NCBI GenBank assembly: GCA_038496445.1
Contig: JALMLS010000142.1
Coordinates: 82-64,081, forward strand
DNA length: 64,000 bases
Reading direction: 5' to 3'
Source: Trichosphaerium sp. ATCC 40318
Taxonomy: Eukaryota; Protista; Tubulinea
In this document: piece after piece, positions 38,576 to 53,032 of the stretch
How positions within the stretch are numbered: position 1 is the first letter of the stretch
Layout: the number at the start of each line of letters is the position of its first letter
The notes under the pieces: generated by a model
Database searches by the model: none
Seen by the model: the letters and a program-made list of their open reading frames with translations, nothing else
What the model was told of the DNA's origin: nothing
Position numbers and translations under genes: made by a program

Positions 38576-41500
38576 ATGAAATATAGCAGTTTATTGTTTG
38601 CTCTCATTGCCTCTGTATTATGTACAATTAGATACGTTAACAATAATGGCATGTGTAAAACTCCGATTTAAACAGCAAGCTCTTGTAAGTTTACACACCT
38701 GTAGGCGTTGATCAAGGTAATTGTACAAGCGGAGCAAGCCCTTGTATGACAATAAAATACGCGCTTCTCGATGTAGCTGAGCCAAGTGATGTAATTAACC
38801 TCAGTGAAGGCATTTTCAAAGGTAAAATCGATCACGTGAAACTAATTCTATAAATATTTACTTAAAACTAAGTGTCGTTGTTTCAGGCGAAGGTAATACC
38901 AGGATCGATGTCTTATTTGGTAAGATTCATAATGTTACGATACGAGGTACGTCGGCCCATTAAATACCCCACCATATTCAAATCATCAGAAAAAAACACA
39001 CATTAAATTCAACTGCTTTTTTGGATACCCGAACAGCCCAACGTTTTGGGTTATTACCTATGGGACGGCTTCCCAAAATGGCTATAACGGTTGGAAAACA
39101 AATATTATCGGTTCAGAGTTTTCTGTTGTTTCTAACCGGACTTTAGGTGACCCAAATGGAGGCACAGTCATTGATGGAGAAAATGTGAACTACATGTTTT
39201 ATCTACATTGGTGTGGGAGTACTCACTACACGAGCCCCGTATTCAATATGTCTATATTAAACTTTCATGACATTACTTTCACGAGAGCGTTTTATGAATA
39301 TGAAAACAACAACTTGCCTGGGCACCATAAGGTACTACACACCAAGGTTTAAGACTGTGTTCTCACTTGTTATGTTAAGAATGATGTGGGTGGTAGTGTT
39401 ATTTTCGCCAGGGAAAGCTGTGACTTTACCATGACGTGCGTATATTTTTTGATTTGTTTTTGTAGAAATACAAACTCGTGACTTGATGTGTGTTAACATA
39501 CTGTATTTTAGCAATTGCAAAATCATTGAAAACAAACTAGGCCCTTATCTAAACCTGACTTCTGGTGAAATACTCCCCAACAGTAACAGAATAAGAGGTA
39601 TTTTCCATGTTGTAAGGTCAAAAATACAGCTTACAAGGTACCGCCAAGTGAAGCTTCACAGTCGGCTTAATCTACTTTTATAGGGTTGATTTCATAAGAA
39701 ACGTTGCAACGTATAAAATAGACGGTGGCATACTATTCCTTGAACGTGTGAACGCGTCTATAACTGATACAACGTTTCAACGTAACTCAGTCAGATTTGG
39801 TATGCTTTACTTCATGTCGCTTAGTTTTTTGTTAAATCTATTTATAGGAACATTATATGCTGTTAATCAAGCCTATCTTACTGTAAAGGATTCTCAGTTT
39901 ATTAATAATTTTGCTGATGATAGAGGAGGTGGTATTTGTATGTCTTTAATACAGTAACATTCAAGTAACTAATTTGTAGATGTTCTTAACATTAGAGAAG
40001 ATACCGAAGTGTTAGTACAAAATTCACTATTTGCGGACAACAGGGTGCGCATTGCTGGTGGAGGTATCAATAACATCTTCGATTTATAAAACGCATTAAT
40101 TACCCGTAAGGAATGGAGCTTAGTAGCACAAGAGATAGTCGTGTGGTTGTAGAAGGATGCACTTTTAAGTACGCTGCTGTAGATTTTGTTCCAGCTTAAG
40201 TTTGTATTAGGAACAACTCTGTTCTTAATGAAGGTTCACAAGGAGGTGGTGTGCGTATTACTAACCAAGTCAATGACGTAAAGATACTTTCAAGCACCTT
40301 CGATGGAAATAGAGCAGAGTTTGGAGGAGGTCTAGCGAACGTATCACCTAACAATAACGTCACAATTGAAGGTTGTACTTTTGTAAATAACGAAGCAAAG
40401 AAAGGCGGAGGAGTTTTTATCGACACAATTCGAGATAAGAATCGAATAGACAACTGTCAGTTTAAACAAAATACAGCGGAATTAGGAGGTGGTATATTTA
40501 TGACAGATGGGGCAGTCAATAATTGTACTTTTGACGCCAACACAGATACAGGTTATTACCTTTTTTAAAATTCATCATTCCTCATTGTTTTTTTATTAAG
40601 TTGTTTATTAGGGCTTGAAGCTGAACGTGGAATACTAACTGAATCATTCTTTTATAATTCTGTTATATTTGATGTTGTAGGCGCTTTATCATACCAAAGT
40701 GGTACGTGCGATAAGTGATACCAAGTAGAAACTCATAGTACTCTGTTTTTGTTTAACAACAGCTACAGGCAACAAGTTTGTGGAAGGAAATGTTAAGATT
40801 GTAAGAGGAACTTGGGAACCTACTGAGTCTTTGGATTATAGATTAGTAGTATCAGATACCCGCGTACACATCAAAGCAAAAACTCCATTACGTGTACAAT
40901 CACAATTGGCAGTAGAAGGCAACTCCAAATTAGTGGTATTGGATTTTGCAACAAAAACGAAATTCGTTTTTTTTATTGACTCGTTACAGGGTTTTCCTGA
41001 AGGTAATGAAACGTTACCTTCACTTACACTCGATCATAATTCTATATCAACAATTACTCTTGGGTTGTTTGAGGTCATTAATTTGAACGTTATCAATCAT
41101 GGTATCCTAGACTGTTTTGTGCCTCTTCGACTGTTAATGGTTTATTTTTAGGTGAGTTCAAAATATCAAGGTTGAATCGAAATCAGATATCATTACTATC
41201 CTCTGTGTTCAACAATACGCATGGATCAATATTCTTTGTGGTACCTAATGTCATAATTCATGGTTACTCATCCATACTTGCGTTTCAAAACGCAACATTC
41301 CGTACAAGTGTATGAATTTTGAATCTTTTTTTTTTCTCGCTCACATCACGTCATAGGGAATTACAAACATTGATGTACCTTTAATTCTTGATGACTCCAG
41401 TATTTTTTCTGTTGTTAAAGGATTCCCAATAAGCTTTAGTAAACCTCCTAAACTCGGTACATCAAACACGTGACTCGTTTTATTTTAACACTACATTGGC

Positions 41501-43172
41501 TTAACAATACACTTAAGGAGGAACACTAAAGATCACAATACCAAAGAATGTCCAAATTCCGAAGCTTGGTGATGTATTCATAGTATTCAGTTGGGACTCT
41601 GCTGAGATATCTTCACAAGTTCAAGGACAATTTCATACAATAGATGCTCAGTTTAAAGCCGAAATAATCATGGACAATAGTACAATGAGTATACGTCATG
41701 TCGATAAGATTCGGACACTTTCTGAGAAAGATTGGGCAAATACTAATGTATGGGTTCTCTTAATAGTCGCTGGTATTGGTATATTATTAACATTTATCAT
41801 TGTTGGTCTTGTATTCTACAATTGGTTCGTTGACAGAAGCAGCCTCTAGCTTTAGTTTATTTTTTACCAGAGTACTTTCTCATTTTTTTATCAAAAATAG
41901 GAACAGCGCAGTAATTGTTGCATCAACAAAAGAGTTCCTTGTTATGATTCTAGTAGGGTCATTGCTGCTATTTATTGGTGTGGTAACTTGGTACGAGCAA
42001 ACAAAACCTATTTTTTGTATTGTAGCACTATTGTGTAACTCTTGTGTTAGGGCCGCGCCAGTAGGTGACATTATATGTGAATTAAGAGTATGGGCACCGT
42101 TTTTAGGGTTTGTTCTCATATTTGCGTGCGTACTCTTTGATTTTGTAATATCGCTGTTAATCTTTCTCTATTGACACTAAATTTATACTGAATGTAGGCC
42201 ATTGGTATCCAAGACTTACAGGATACAGAAAATATTCGATAAATCAAACCTTACCGTACATGTTATATCATTCGGCAACATGGTGAATGTAACAGCAGCT
42301 ATGATAATTATTCAAATTGTAAGAAAAAAAACAAGACTTTTGTTGAACTAACTCTTTGCTCCTCATCAGATACTACTTATTATATGGTCTGCTGCATCAC
42401 CAAATAGAAGAGGAATACGAGTATTGGATTCTAATGATGACTACACAGAAGCTGTGTGTGCAAGCAAGAACAGTTTGATCTTCTTGGTGCTACTTATAAT
42501 CTACGATGTACGCCTACCACACCTTAGTATTCCACAAAGTCACGTGTACTAATTGTATTTTTTGTAAGGGTGTCATACTTATTGCTGGATCGTATCTTGC
42601 TTTTGCTGTACGTAGAGTGCCAGTAATGTACAACGAATCAAAATGGATTGGCGCAACAATTTACAATCTTGCAATATGGGCACTTATTCTACTTCTCCTC
42701 GGATTCTCATTAACTTCATCTGTATCACATGATAACATATCAACCATTATAGGAACAGCTATTTGGTTCAGTACAACAGGTAAACCACATCAAAACTATA
42801 AAGTCAGACAATCGAAGGACGACACCAACTAATCTGTCTGTTTAAGTGACCATGATTTTAATCTTTGGGCCGAAGATGTACACACTATTCTTTAACTTAG
42901 AGTCATTTAAAAGGTACCTTAACATCTTTGAGATTTAAGACATAATCTGATGACGTTTCGATAGCAAAAGCTCAAGTGCAACTGGAGTAAACAAACATTC
43001 AGTATCTCAAAGAATATCATCTCGAAATCTCGGTGGAGTTTCATCTGATAAAACTAGGATTGAAGAATTGGAGAATGAAAACCGTGAGTTGAAAGAAGAG
43101 AATATTCAGCTCAAGAAAAAATGCAGTAAGTTTGCGGGATCAGCAGCTGAAATACAAACAGTGAAAACGTAA
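38576..43172 (+). CDS. Family-3 (GABA-B/Grl-like) GPCR with right-handed beta-helix (GGAI/FxxN) ectodomain, many exons
   Basis: Signal peptide, C..PC.TI..A, repeats F..N.A..GGG. 7tm_3 motifs VIVAST..FL, C.LRVW, KTYRIQKIF, YNESKWIGATIYN, FGPK. C-terminal coiled coil RIEELENENRELKEEN. Confidence 0.85.
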
Positions 43173-43402
43173 ATGTAAAAACTTGTGAAACAAAAACTCT
43201 GTCAGCTGTCCTCTTTGTTGTAGAATCTGAAGTACAGTACGAAAAAAAACCCAGTAAGCATTGGAAAACCTATTCCTGATTCCAACAGTTTGCTGTGAAG
43301 TTACTAGGGCGAACGTGGAATACTAACCGTCTCTACCTTGTTATAATTCTGTTATACTACTAAGAAAATAATAAGAATAAACAAACGAGCATACAAAAAT
43401 GA

Positions 43403-46400
43403 TCAGCACCTCAGATTGCCTTTAAATTGTCTAAAACTATCTCTAGTGTAGTGTGAACTATACATTGTGCGGCTGCCATGCAACGAAAAACGGCGAAAAA
43501 GTATTTTGTCATGTAACCTTAATGAATCAAGAGCAATAAAAGATGGTCTGCTCTCGTGGTTCTCGCTCCAGCATATCTCCATAAGATGCTTGAGGTTTGG
43601 GTCGCAATCCTTTGGAATAATTGGTCGTTTTTTTAATCGGCATACGTTATTTTTAAGCTCATGTAAGGTTATCGTCTTTGGCCAAGGCAACTTGCCAGTA
43701 GCTAGTTCGTATACGACTAATCCAAAAGAATAAACATCACAGCTTTGGTTGTAGGGTTGACCTCTCATCACCTCTGGTGCCATCCACAATGGAGTACCTA
43801 GTATAAGTTAGTAGGTTAAACATGTAACTTTACGTACCCTGGTTACATGTCATTGCTGTAACGGTTGCACCTCCACTATCAAACGATGCTACCAAGTTCT
43901 TAGTCAGTTCTTTGTCAACGCCAAAGTCAGTTATCTTAGGGACGAAGTGAGCACCATCATGCATGATCTATTAAAAAACTCAATTAACAGATGGATTTTT
44001 TGGAAACAGGCGTTGTTTTAATACCATAATATTGCTTGATTTTATATCCCCGTGTATAATCTATAATTATATTATTACATGAGGCAAATAGAAAGTACTA
44101 AAGAAATACAATTAATAACTAAGTCACTTACGCCAATGTGTTCATGAACATAAGTCATCGCTTGAATAATCTTACATATGATAATCTTCTTTTGTTCACG
44201 AGTAAAAAGAAAATTCTTGTCAGTGTATAAATAATAATACAAGTCTCTCCCTGTTCTTGTAAATTAAAAAGGAGATTTTATATTTTTTTGGATATTTTCT
44301 TCTTTGTGGTGTGTAGACGTACCATTCACATATTCCAGAGCCATAGCCGTCGGTTTAATACCATCAAATATGACACCATAAAAGGTGACAATATTTTCGT
44401 GATGACATTTGCTGTTGGTAAAAATTAGCACGTTTTTTTTGCTTGGATTTGTGAAGTGGTTTTTGTGTTGTACGGCCTTACGCTAGTTTTGATAAAAGTT
44501 CCGTTTCATCTTGCAAGTATGCTACAGTTTCGTTTGATTCAATAGCATTAAAGACCTAACAGTGTCATGTCCCTACTGAAAAAAACAAAAACGTTTGTTT
44601 TCGGTCCTGTTAACAAACATGTGTCATTACCTTCAAGGCAACCTGAAATTTGCGGCATCCCGGAGCCTTGTATGATACCTTGTAGACCTTAGATGTAGCG
44701 CCTGCACCTATTTCGACTTTGGTATCCATGTCAAAGAACTTTTTGTCCAATTCGTGCTGCCAATACTTAGACTGAAGAGAAGCACAAGCGTGGGCTAGAC
44801 AATCACGTTAACATATTAATTAATTTGGTTTTATCAAAAAAAAACGTGTCTTCTACTTGATGAAACATACAGTTTTTTTCAGGTTTGTCAGCATACTTGC
44901 CAACCAAGTTTCGTTTTTCTTCCTCTGTGAAAACAACAATATCAGCTGGTAACGGATTTTGCTCCACTGTAGCTTTTTGGTCATCCTGGAGCGCAGCCTT
45001 TTTATTGCTATTGATGGTTGGGTGTGCTTTTTTTTTTGTCCTTGCTTGTTCAGCTTTTTGGTAGGCTAAACTGTGAGCTATTAAAAGGGCAGATTTTTCT
45101 TCACAAAACAATTCTGCTACTTGTAGTGCCGTTTTACCACGATGATTTTTAACTCTAGCATCAGCTCCTATAACAAATTAAACTTGTATAGAAATTACGG
45201 CATGCTTTTGTACCATGTAATAAATACAACTCAACCATTTCCGGGCACTGCGAGGCAACAGCATAAAATAAAGGAGTTGCTCCAATGTTATTTGCCACAT
45301 TAATAGAATCATGTTTTGCAAGAAACCACGCAGCATCTTTCAGTGTGCATCGTGCTGCGACAACATGTAGGATTGTGTTTCCATCTTTAAAAAATGAGGT
45401 GATTAGTATACTGTAAGCTACAAGAGAACTTACCAGGTGTTGGAAAAGAATTTTCAAATTCTTGCAAATAAGCGACCACATTATTTTCATTCATTTCATC
45501 GGTCGCAACTATCGGAGTTTCTTTTGGTGTCTTTACAGTAGATAAATTTTGTCTCTTAGAATTCGTTGCAGTAGCACAGTATTCAAGAGGCACTCTATTT
45601 GAGGATCCACAAACTAACAAGTTGTAAGTCACGAAATGTAACAAAAGTCGTACCAGATTTGACGTGCACCCATGCAGTGCAGGGTTGTGATTTGACTGGC
45701 ATTTCCACAGCCAAAAATGATTTGCCCGCAATAGTGATAGCAAGTTGCTCTTCTTTTTCAAATGTTATGTGCGCAGTGGCATATGTAACTTGTGTGCCAA
45801 TTATACATACTATGTATGAAGAGAATTATCAACAGAATTATGAACTAAGTAAAACACACCTTCTACTTGTTGATTGATCATAATTTTACTTGGGATAATT
45901 TTGATTATTGTAGGCGCTTCAAATACGTCTAGGTATTACTGTAAGATATTGTTTCCAGGCGACTTCGACAAACCACTTACCACACCAATCACCGTCCAGC
46001 TTAAAATCAACCTCTTTGTTAAAAACAACTGTTCCTTTTTTCTATTTTAGTGTTAGCATTTAAATGCCAAATTCAATTGCAAACGCACGTGGATAACAGA
46101 GAAGTTAATTTTAGCTCTGTACGTAATGTGTGGGTCACAATCGATGGTTCTAATACCTACCACGTGTCAATAAAAATACCATTTAAATCGGATTACCCAG
46201 CTGTAATTTCTCGAAGATAGCTTGATTAGTGTGAGCGTTGAAGTTCGCGACAGCGCATACTACACGAAATATGGTTAATCTAGTGTGCAACACAAACGAC
46301 TTAAAAATTTAAGTTGAACTGAAAAAAAACCTAAAAATGTTTTTCTGTCTTTGATCACGTGTAACAAAATTACCTCGGAATTTTGTTACATGATATTACG

Positions 46401-46536
46401 TAATTTGCACAAAACGACTTTTGCTGAAAAATTTGTCTCGACTTAAAAGACTTTTTAGAGCCAAGAAAGATCCACTATTTGGCAAATTTTTGTTTACCTG
46501 ACTCTTCACCATTGTTTCGCAGCGAAACGATGCCAT
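43403..46536 (-). CDS. Ankyrin-repeat + TKL-type protein kinase (multi-exon; 5' structure uncertain)
   Basis: Ankyrins GNTILHVVA, GATPLFYAV, GKTALQVA. Kinase motifs IGAGA..KVYK, VALK, HENIV.FYG, IIHGDIKSSNI, ITDFG, GTPLWMAPEV, DVYSFG. Confidence 0.85.
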
Positions 46537-46918
46537 TTTCCTGGATGGTGCATTTAGCTATGTAGTTGGAAGAATCTTCACCTGAGGAAAGCTACGCAAG
46601 TCAGTACTTAACAATAGTGTAGGTGTACCGTAAATGTTGGCGGTGGCATGTATTTTGCGTTTTTACATACTTGGTTGTAGCGGAAGTTAACTAAAGTATC
46701 AACTGAATCCGTCGTGATGGAAAATGTGACTATTTGTTTCTGGTACAGAGGGTTGAACCACGGTTGTTGGTTAACCGCCATTTGCGATTGAGAAAACTGA
46801 CTTTCGTTGTACCAGTAACTACAACAATCTTACAGCATTTGGTCTCGTATATTCAACGTTCGAAGCAAATTGGTTCGAACACTTTTTGTGTTATGAACGA
46901 CCGCCTTGACCCGTTACA

Positions 46919-48239
46919 ATGTCACGTGGTACAATCAATTATAATAGTAAATCTCTATAACACGCGGACAAGCCGCTTTTAGCCTAGTATTAAACGCTAC
47001 GTACCAAGAACTTGAAGAAAGCCTAAATAAACACTCAGCACATTTAAGAGCGTATAGATTGTCTCCTAGTACGTTTTTTTCCAGCCAACAACGGTACACT
47101 AACATTCTTCCTAGCAAGAGAAACTCTCCTACATGCTGCTGCCAACAGAGGTGATGTGAGCGTCATTAATTTATTAATACTCCTTGGATGTTGTTTAGAC
47201 GCAACAAACAACTTAGGAAACACTGCCTTGCACTTTGCATCACTAAAAGGCAACTTTGACGCAGTGGATTGCCTCTTGGATCACGGTACGTTCCCGTTAA
47301 AATCCGTGAAGCTGATTTGTTACAAAAACAGGTGCTGACACCTCTGTCCAGAATATGAAGTGTAAAACCGCGTTGAACATTGCAGTCATACTTGGGAACG
47401 ATAAAGTGATAACTAGACTACGTCAGGGAATGAAAACTCAACTAAGTCAACGAAACATACAAAATTGTTTGCATAAAACACGTGTAAGAAGCACTCCTTC
47501 TTTACCCCAACAAATTCTCTATACACGTTCATGCAAATACTGGGGATTTATAAAGATGCTATCAAGTGGTAGAAGTCTAAATAGTGGGGTATGAGTTTGG
47601 AATATCGTATTAACCTAATGGCATTTTACTTAGAAAAAAAACCCGAACATACAAGGTAAAAATATACAACAATTTAGTGTGCATCTACAAGGAAATATCA
47701 ATGAGTACTATTGTGTTATTAATAGCAAGGTAAGAAACCTTGGCTACGTTACAAAAGAATACGAATGTACGGAACCTGAAGTGGAAAAACAAAACTTTGT
47801 AGTTGCAACACAATCATGCGAGAATTTTTACAACCAAGGAACCAAGTACACAGCAGAATTATCATTTCTACGTGGTGGCTATTACATCATTTCTATTAAC
47901 AGAGAAGGTATTACAGACGCAGTAGTTTATGTAAGAGTTTATAGCAGTCGTGGCGTAAAAGCTGGAAAAGTTTTTGAGCCTATGGTAAAATATGATTCAT
48001 TCAAAGAAATTAACCAGGTGTTTGCTGGCGACAAAGATCTGATGCCTTTTACACGTATTACAATTTCTCGCTCTAATACTAAGGAAATGGATTGTGATAA
48101 TTCCAACCGCAAACGATCAGCGAATGATGAGTACGATTCCCTTCCAACGTTTGATTTAACTAAAAATGTGTATAGTGCGAACCCAAACCCAAAGAAGCGA
48201 CCTAACTTACAAGTGCCTCAAATCATTTCACTAGTTTAA
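46919..48239 (+). CDS. Ankyrin-repeat protein with uncharacterised C-terminal beta-rich domain
   Basis: ETLLHAAA, GNTALHFAS..LLDHG|AD, KTALNIAV. An apparent 1-nt loss near 46950 (AGTAAATC) must be corrected to join the ATG at 46919. Confidence 0.65.
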
Positions 48240-48462
48240 ATTAAACCGTTTGTATTGATACTGATTTTAGACAATAAAGTAGAATTTTATAGCGAAAATG
48301 TTTCTAAAGCAACTTTTGCTCAGCTGTATGCGCCACTGGGCAATAACTGTAGGTGCTAACGCAGCGAATTTTGAGTCATTAAATTCTTAAACAAGGCTGT
48401 ATAATTTAAGTGTGATTGAGCAATGTTTACAAATGTACATGTGTTTTATTTGTGTATTGTTT

Positions 48463-49495
48463 TTACTGTCTTCGCAGTTTACCTTCCTCAACTCTTTTTT
48501 GAAATATTGAATTACATTTCGTAATATCATCAACGTTTTTAAGACCAGTACCAAGAAGTCTAGCACCACGTGAAACCTAAGTAACAACATCAGAACAACA
48601 TTCCGTTCTCTGAAAAAAAAAGAGAGAAAAGTTTTCAAAGCAATAAAGTCGTACGTATATCATCTTCAAGCTCAGGAATACCAACATCAAAGGCATAGTA
48701 ACTTCTAATATTTCAATATCTACAATATCTGATGTAATTGGATCCTTCCATTTTCGTCGTAGAGGATGTTTATGTACAATCTCCATAATTTCTTTTTCAA
48801 GTCCCCATAGCTTTTTAATACTTTTTGATTTAAGTACATACCATCCAGATATACCAGACAGACATAAGAAATCAGATGTATTAATTTTAGTCTGACGGTA
48901 ATAACCCTTAGGTACACCACGACGCTTATTTGCAAGAACATCAAATCGATTACAGCTCACTTCTGTGGATAAGTCAAGGTCGTTGTAAACAGCCAACCCA
49001 CATTCCGCAGGATCATTTGTTACTGTATCTAGTAAGCTCTGTACTTTTTCTAGTGTATGGCCGACCTGTTACGAGTGTAAACTTCAAAAAATTCAGAAAA
49101 AAACAGTTGACGGAATATTTTTGATTGAGTTGAGTTTTACATGCTATGGTTCCGTAAGTACCTTGGTGCCATCTGTAAGTATGATATACTCAACGCCTTC
49201 GGCGATTAAGCGATTTGTGATCGTTTTCTCTTCAAAGAGCCAGGAAGCTGCACCGGAAGGGTATTCTGGTAGATCAGGCGACGTACTAGCACACCGAGGC
49301 TTTTTGTAAACGCTTGGGATCCACACTATTTTGTCTATGTCGTGCCCGAATCCGTTGTGCTCCTTTAAATACGCCAGTATGGCATGTTTGTTTCTTCCTA
49401 AACGAGGAGCTTAGTTTACGATTTTTTAAATGTTTTGTACCTGCGCTTAGCGCAATCCGAGTGCCCACTGGCATTAACCGCATGTGATAGCTCAT
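48463..49495 (-). CDS. Hypothetical multi-exon protein
   Basis: Open exons at about 48660-49040 and 48463-48577 are bounded by GT/AG. No family recognised and the 5' end is uncertain. Confidence 0.4.
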
Positions 49496-50051
49496 TGAAG
49501 TGCATGTTTCAGGTTTATTGTTTAATTCTACAATAACTTTCGGTTTGCTCTTTCCTAACCGAGTTCCTATGCGTATTAATCAGTATGAGACGTATTTTTA
49601 GATGCTTTACAATATTACCTAGCCCAGCGCACGAAAGTACATATAAAACTGTCTTTGAAGGTGTTAATACTGATACCGTGTTGCTCATATAAGTGTTTGT
49701 AAATTATGCAGCAAAGTATGCGTAAAGGCCTTTCCCATTCATTGAATACTTTGTCAACGAATTTCAAGTAAACAAATACTCTGTGGTGAAAGTACCGCTC
49801 AGAAGCAAGCCTTATAGTACTTCCTCTTCTGTTGCATATTTCTCGTAATTTTCTTGCCGAATTACAACAATTAAGGTCTCTGAAGTGCCACGTCAACTGT
49901 ATGATTTACAAAAAAACAAGAAAAAAAAGATGCTGCTATATTGGAAAATATTTAGCAAAAAGCTTCATCCAAGTTGAGATAGTTACTACTAAGGTAGGAT
50001 CTAGCATAAATTGAAATAGTTCCATATGTGAAGCACAAAATAGCAAGTTTA

Positions 50052-51791
50052 TTAATTCTCGTTGGTTACAACTTTGTTGTATGGTATTTTATGAGCACAA
50101 ACACCGTTTTTCTTCTGGTTGGAACAAGAACATCCATCAGGACATACAGCAGGATCAACGTTTTCAACATCCTCCCATCCTACGCAATGATAACAAGTAA
50201 GGACATAGTCAGGATCATATTTTTTCTTGACAGATAGTAGTTGGTTGTAGGCTTCGATTGAGCCATAGTAACTTATTTGCCAATCCTCATCAGATACAAA
50301 GTTATGTTGTGGTTCATTCCAATATACAAAGTTGTTTATGCCTGTTGGTTTCAATACAGTGTCTGCCCATTTATCAGCCTTTTCTATTAAGTCAGGACGA
50401 GGTTTTCCTTTATCGACATCCCATCCTACATAACACGTGATAGCGATTGACGCTTTTCTTAAAGCTAGATTTACTGCTGTTTCTTTACCAAGAGGATCAA
50501 GCGTACCGCTATAACCTCCAACAACAGAATTACAGTAGCAACCAATTAAAGCGCCAGGCCATTCTGTATCTGAATAGTCGTTTAACCATTTCGAAATCTT
50601 CTCCATCTGACCATCTGTTTTTAAGTCGACAGCTGTTGACATCATATACATACTAACAGCTCCTCCGACATCGCTATAGTTATTAGCCTTCATAAAGTCG
50701 GAGTATGAGTCATGTGTTTGCTGAACTTTGCATGTAAGAAAGGCACAACCAGGTATTTTCGACAGCGGCTCCAATGCAGTTGTACACTCTTTTGGATCAC
50801 CTATACAATACGCATCTATGGTCACAACAGGAGCACCTGTTTCAGGGTCTATAACAGCGATGAAATAAGCACCAGCATTGTTCGGAGCATCACGCATCCA
50901 ATCTTGATAAGTGTTCGCAATTTCGTCAGTAATGAGGAATCCTCCGTTGAACTCTGTTACAACTCCAGGATCTTCAAATACCTTGAACGTAAGGGAAGTG
51001 ACGATTCCGAACGGATTTCCCGAACTCCCTCTCAGCGCTCTGAATAGCTCTGGATGGCTATCAGCTGAAGCGGTTATTGGTGTGCCATCAGCGAGGATTA
51101 AATCGATGGATACAATCAAATCCGCTCCTAAGCCAACCATTCGTGTCAAACGTCCATGACCACCGCCAAGAGCCCATCCAGCAGGTCCAACAGTTGGATC
51201 AGCACCGGTTGAAGCTACTAAGGTATTGCCACTTTCTTCACCAAGCCAGTTTTGTATTTCGCCCCATGTTTGTCCTAACAATTATTAGCAATTGACAAAC
51301 AATCGGTCCATTGCTAGCGTACCTGGTCCAACTTTTATTTGTTTTGCTTCCTCGAATAACTCCTTGTCGTTATATTTCTTCATGAATATAAGAATAGCAT
51401 CGTCAACAGAGCTTCTAAGGGTAATGTAAGAACGTTATTTCCTTAAATAATATAGATTATACCTAACATCTTGATGATGTCCTGTGCTCTTTACAGCAAT
51501 TCTGATATTGTGCTTAACAGCAAATGCCAAAGTGCTTATAATATCGTCATCGTTCTCGGGTATAACAACAAGAAGAGGTTGTGGAGGACCAGTGCGAAGA
51601 TTATACGTAAAAATAGAATGTTTGTAAAGATCATCTCCTTTTTCGAATACTTCACCTTTGATGGTTGACTTGAACAACTCCACGTCAGTCGTGGTCGGCC
51701 ATAGATCATCGCCGGGTAGAGAAAACTCTTTGGCATCTATGATATACAGCGCAAAGAGTATTATTACTGAGATTAAAAGCTGTTGATGCAT
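50052..51791 (-). CDS. Secreted FAD-linked oxidoreductase (berberine-bridge-enzyme-like, FAD_binding_4 + BBE)
   Basis: Signal peptide, IAVKSTGHH (covalent FAD His), TVGPAGWALGGGHG..GLGAD, ELFRALRG..FGIVT, YWNE, Y..L..VKKKYDP. Two introns. Confidence 0.92.
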
Positions 51792-53032
51792 TGTTTGTTG
51801 TTTGTTTAGCAATATGAAAAAGTCACGTGATTAAGTCAACATAAACCCGAGTCGGATATTTCTAACGTGAAATTATGCGAGATCACAAAACCGGCCGAAT
51901 TATGTAGCCGAGCTTTGATACTTTACGGAGGTATTCTGCTCCTTTAGAACTACACGCTCTTTAAATAATCGGTTACCCTAGACTTTGTAAAGCTATACTG
52001 GTCGGTAATTTAACACACAAACAGCAGTAGATATCTACAATGATTATATCCTATTGGCGGTAGTAGCACTAAGAATGGTTCAGATAAAATAAAGGCTTGG
52101 TCCTTTTGGTATAACGAGCGGGTAAACGTAAAGCATAATTATGCCACGCGAACCGCCTACATTCGATGAATATGACTATTGTAAGTACACATTTTTGGTT
52201 GAATAGGCAGTCCCACAAATGCCGAAAGGATGCCATACTTTAGTGTAATTAAAAAAACCTCACTCTGGTTGGATAGTGGCTGCGCTGTTGTAATTAATAC
52301 GATAGATTGCATGTCGAAAATTTATAGAAAGAAAGGAAAGCACCAAAAATATAGCAACGTTCTTTATTTTGTAGATTACACGTGCTAATTATTTGCATGT
52401 TTAAACCACCCCTACTGGACAAATATGAGATCAAGCGACCAAACAAAGCATTTTCGGAAAGAACCCGTGCAAGTAAAGTGCAGCGTAGCACTTGAAAGTC
52501 CTCTTGCTTGTAGTCTTTTCTTTGTTGAATCTGGTTTTTTTCCAACAGCTAGAATTACATTTATGCCTTGTAATGAGCATTTCACAGTAGAAATCGCGTA
52601 GGATTTAATACTAAGTGCCAGACACTGCCACAAATTAGTTTGTTGAGTTTAAACATTCTTAGCTAACACATAACTTGCGCATTACACAAGTAGAAACATG
52701 TATACTACTTCTCTGGATACAAAGTTACGAAAACAGTGAACTTCCCTTTACCGTGTCATTATATTTAATTTGGATTCTTAGGAGGCTGAATCCATCCGGT
52801 TTAAGGATTCAGTTGACGATGTCACAAGATACTCTCTAACAGAAACTCACGTGGAGAAAAAAAACGTGATTAATAGGAGATGTAAGTGGATTGCGCTTGT
52901 TCTTCGTAAAAGATCCGAAAGTGCTACGTTTATAAAGTATAAAGGCCTTGCACAGTGACTGTTTGTTACAATCACAATCTGATCTCGGCCGATTTTTTTC
53001 GGTCGTTATAAATTCATTGGCGTACACTCAAT

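Noticed and set aside
41102-41151. Possible U12 intron (GTATCCT donor)
   Set aside because: The donor is GTATCCTA rather than GTATCCTT, and no TCCTTAAC-type branch site is visible.
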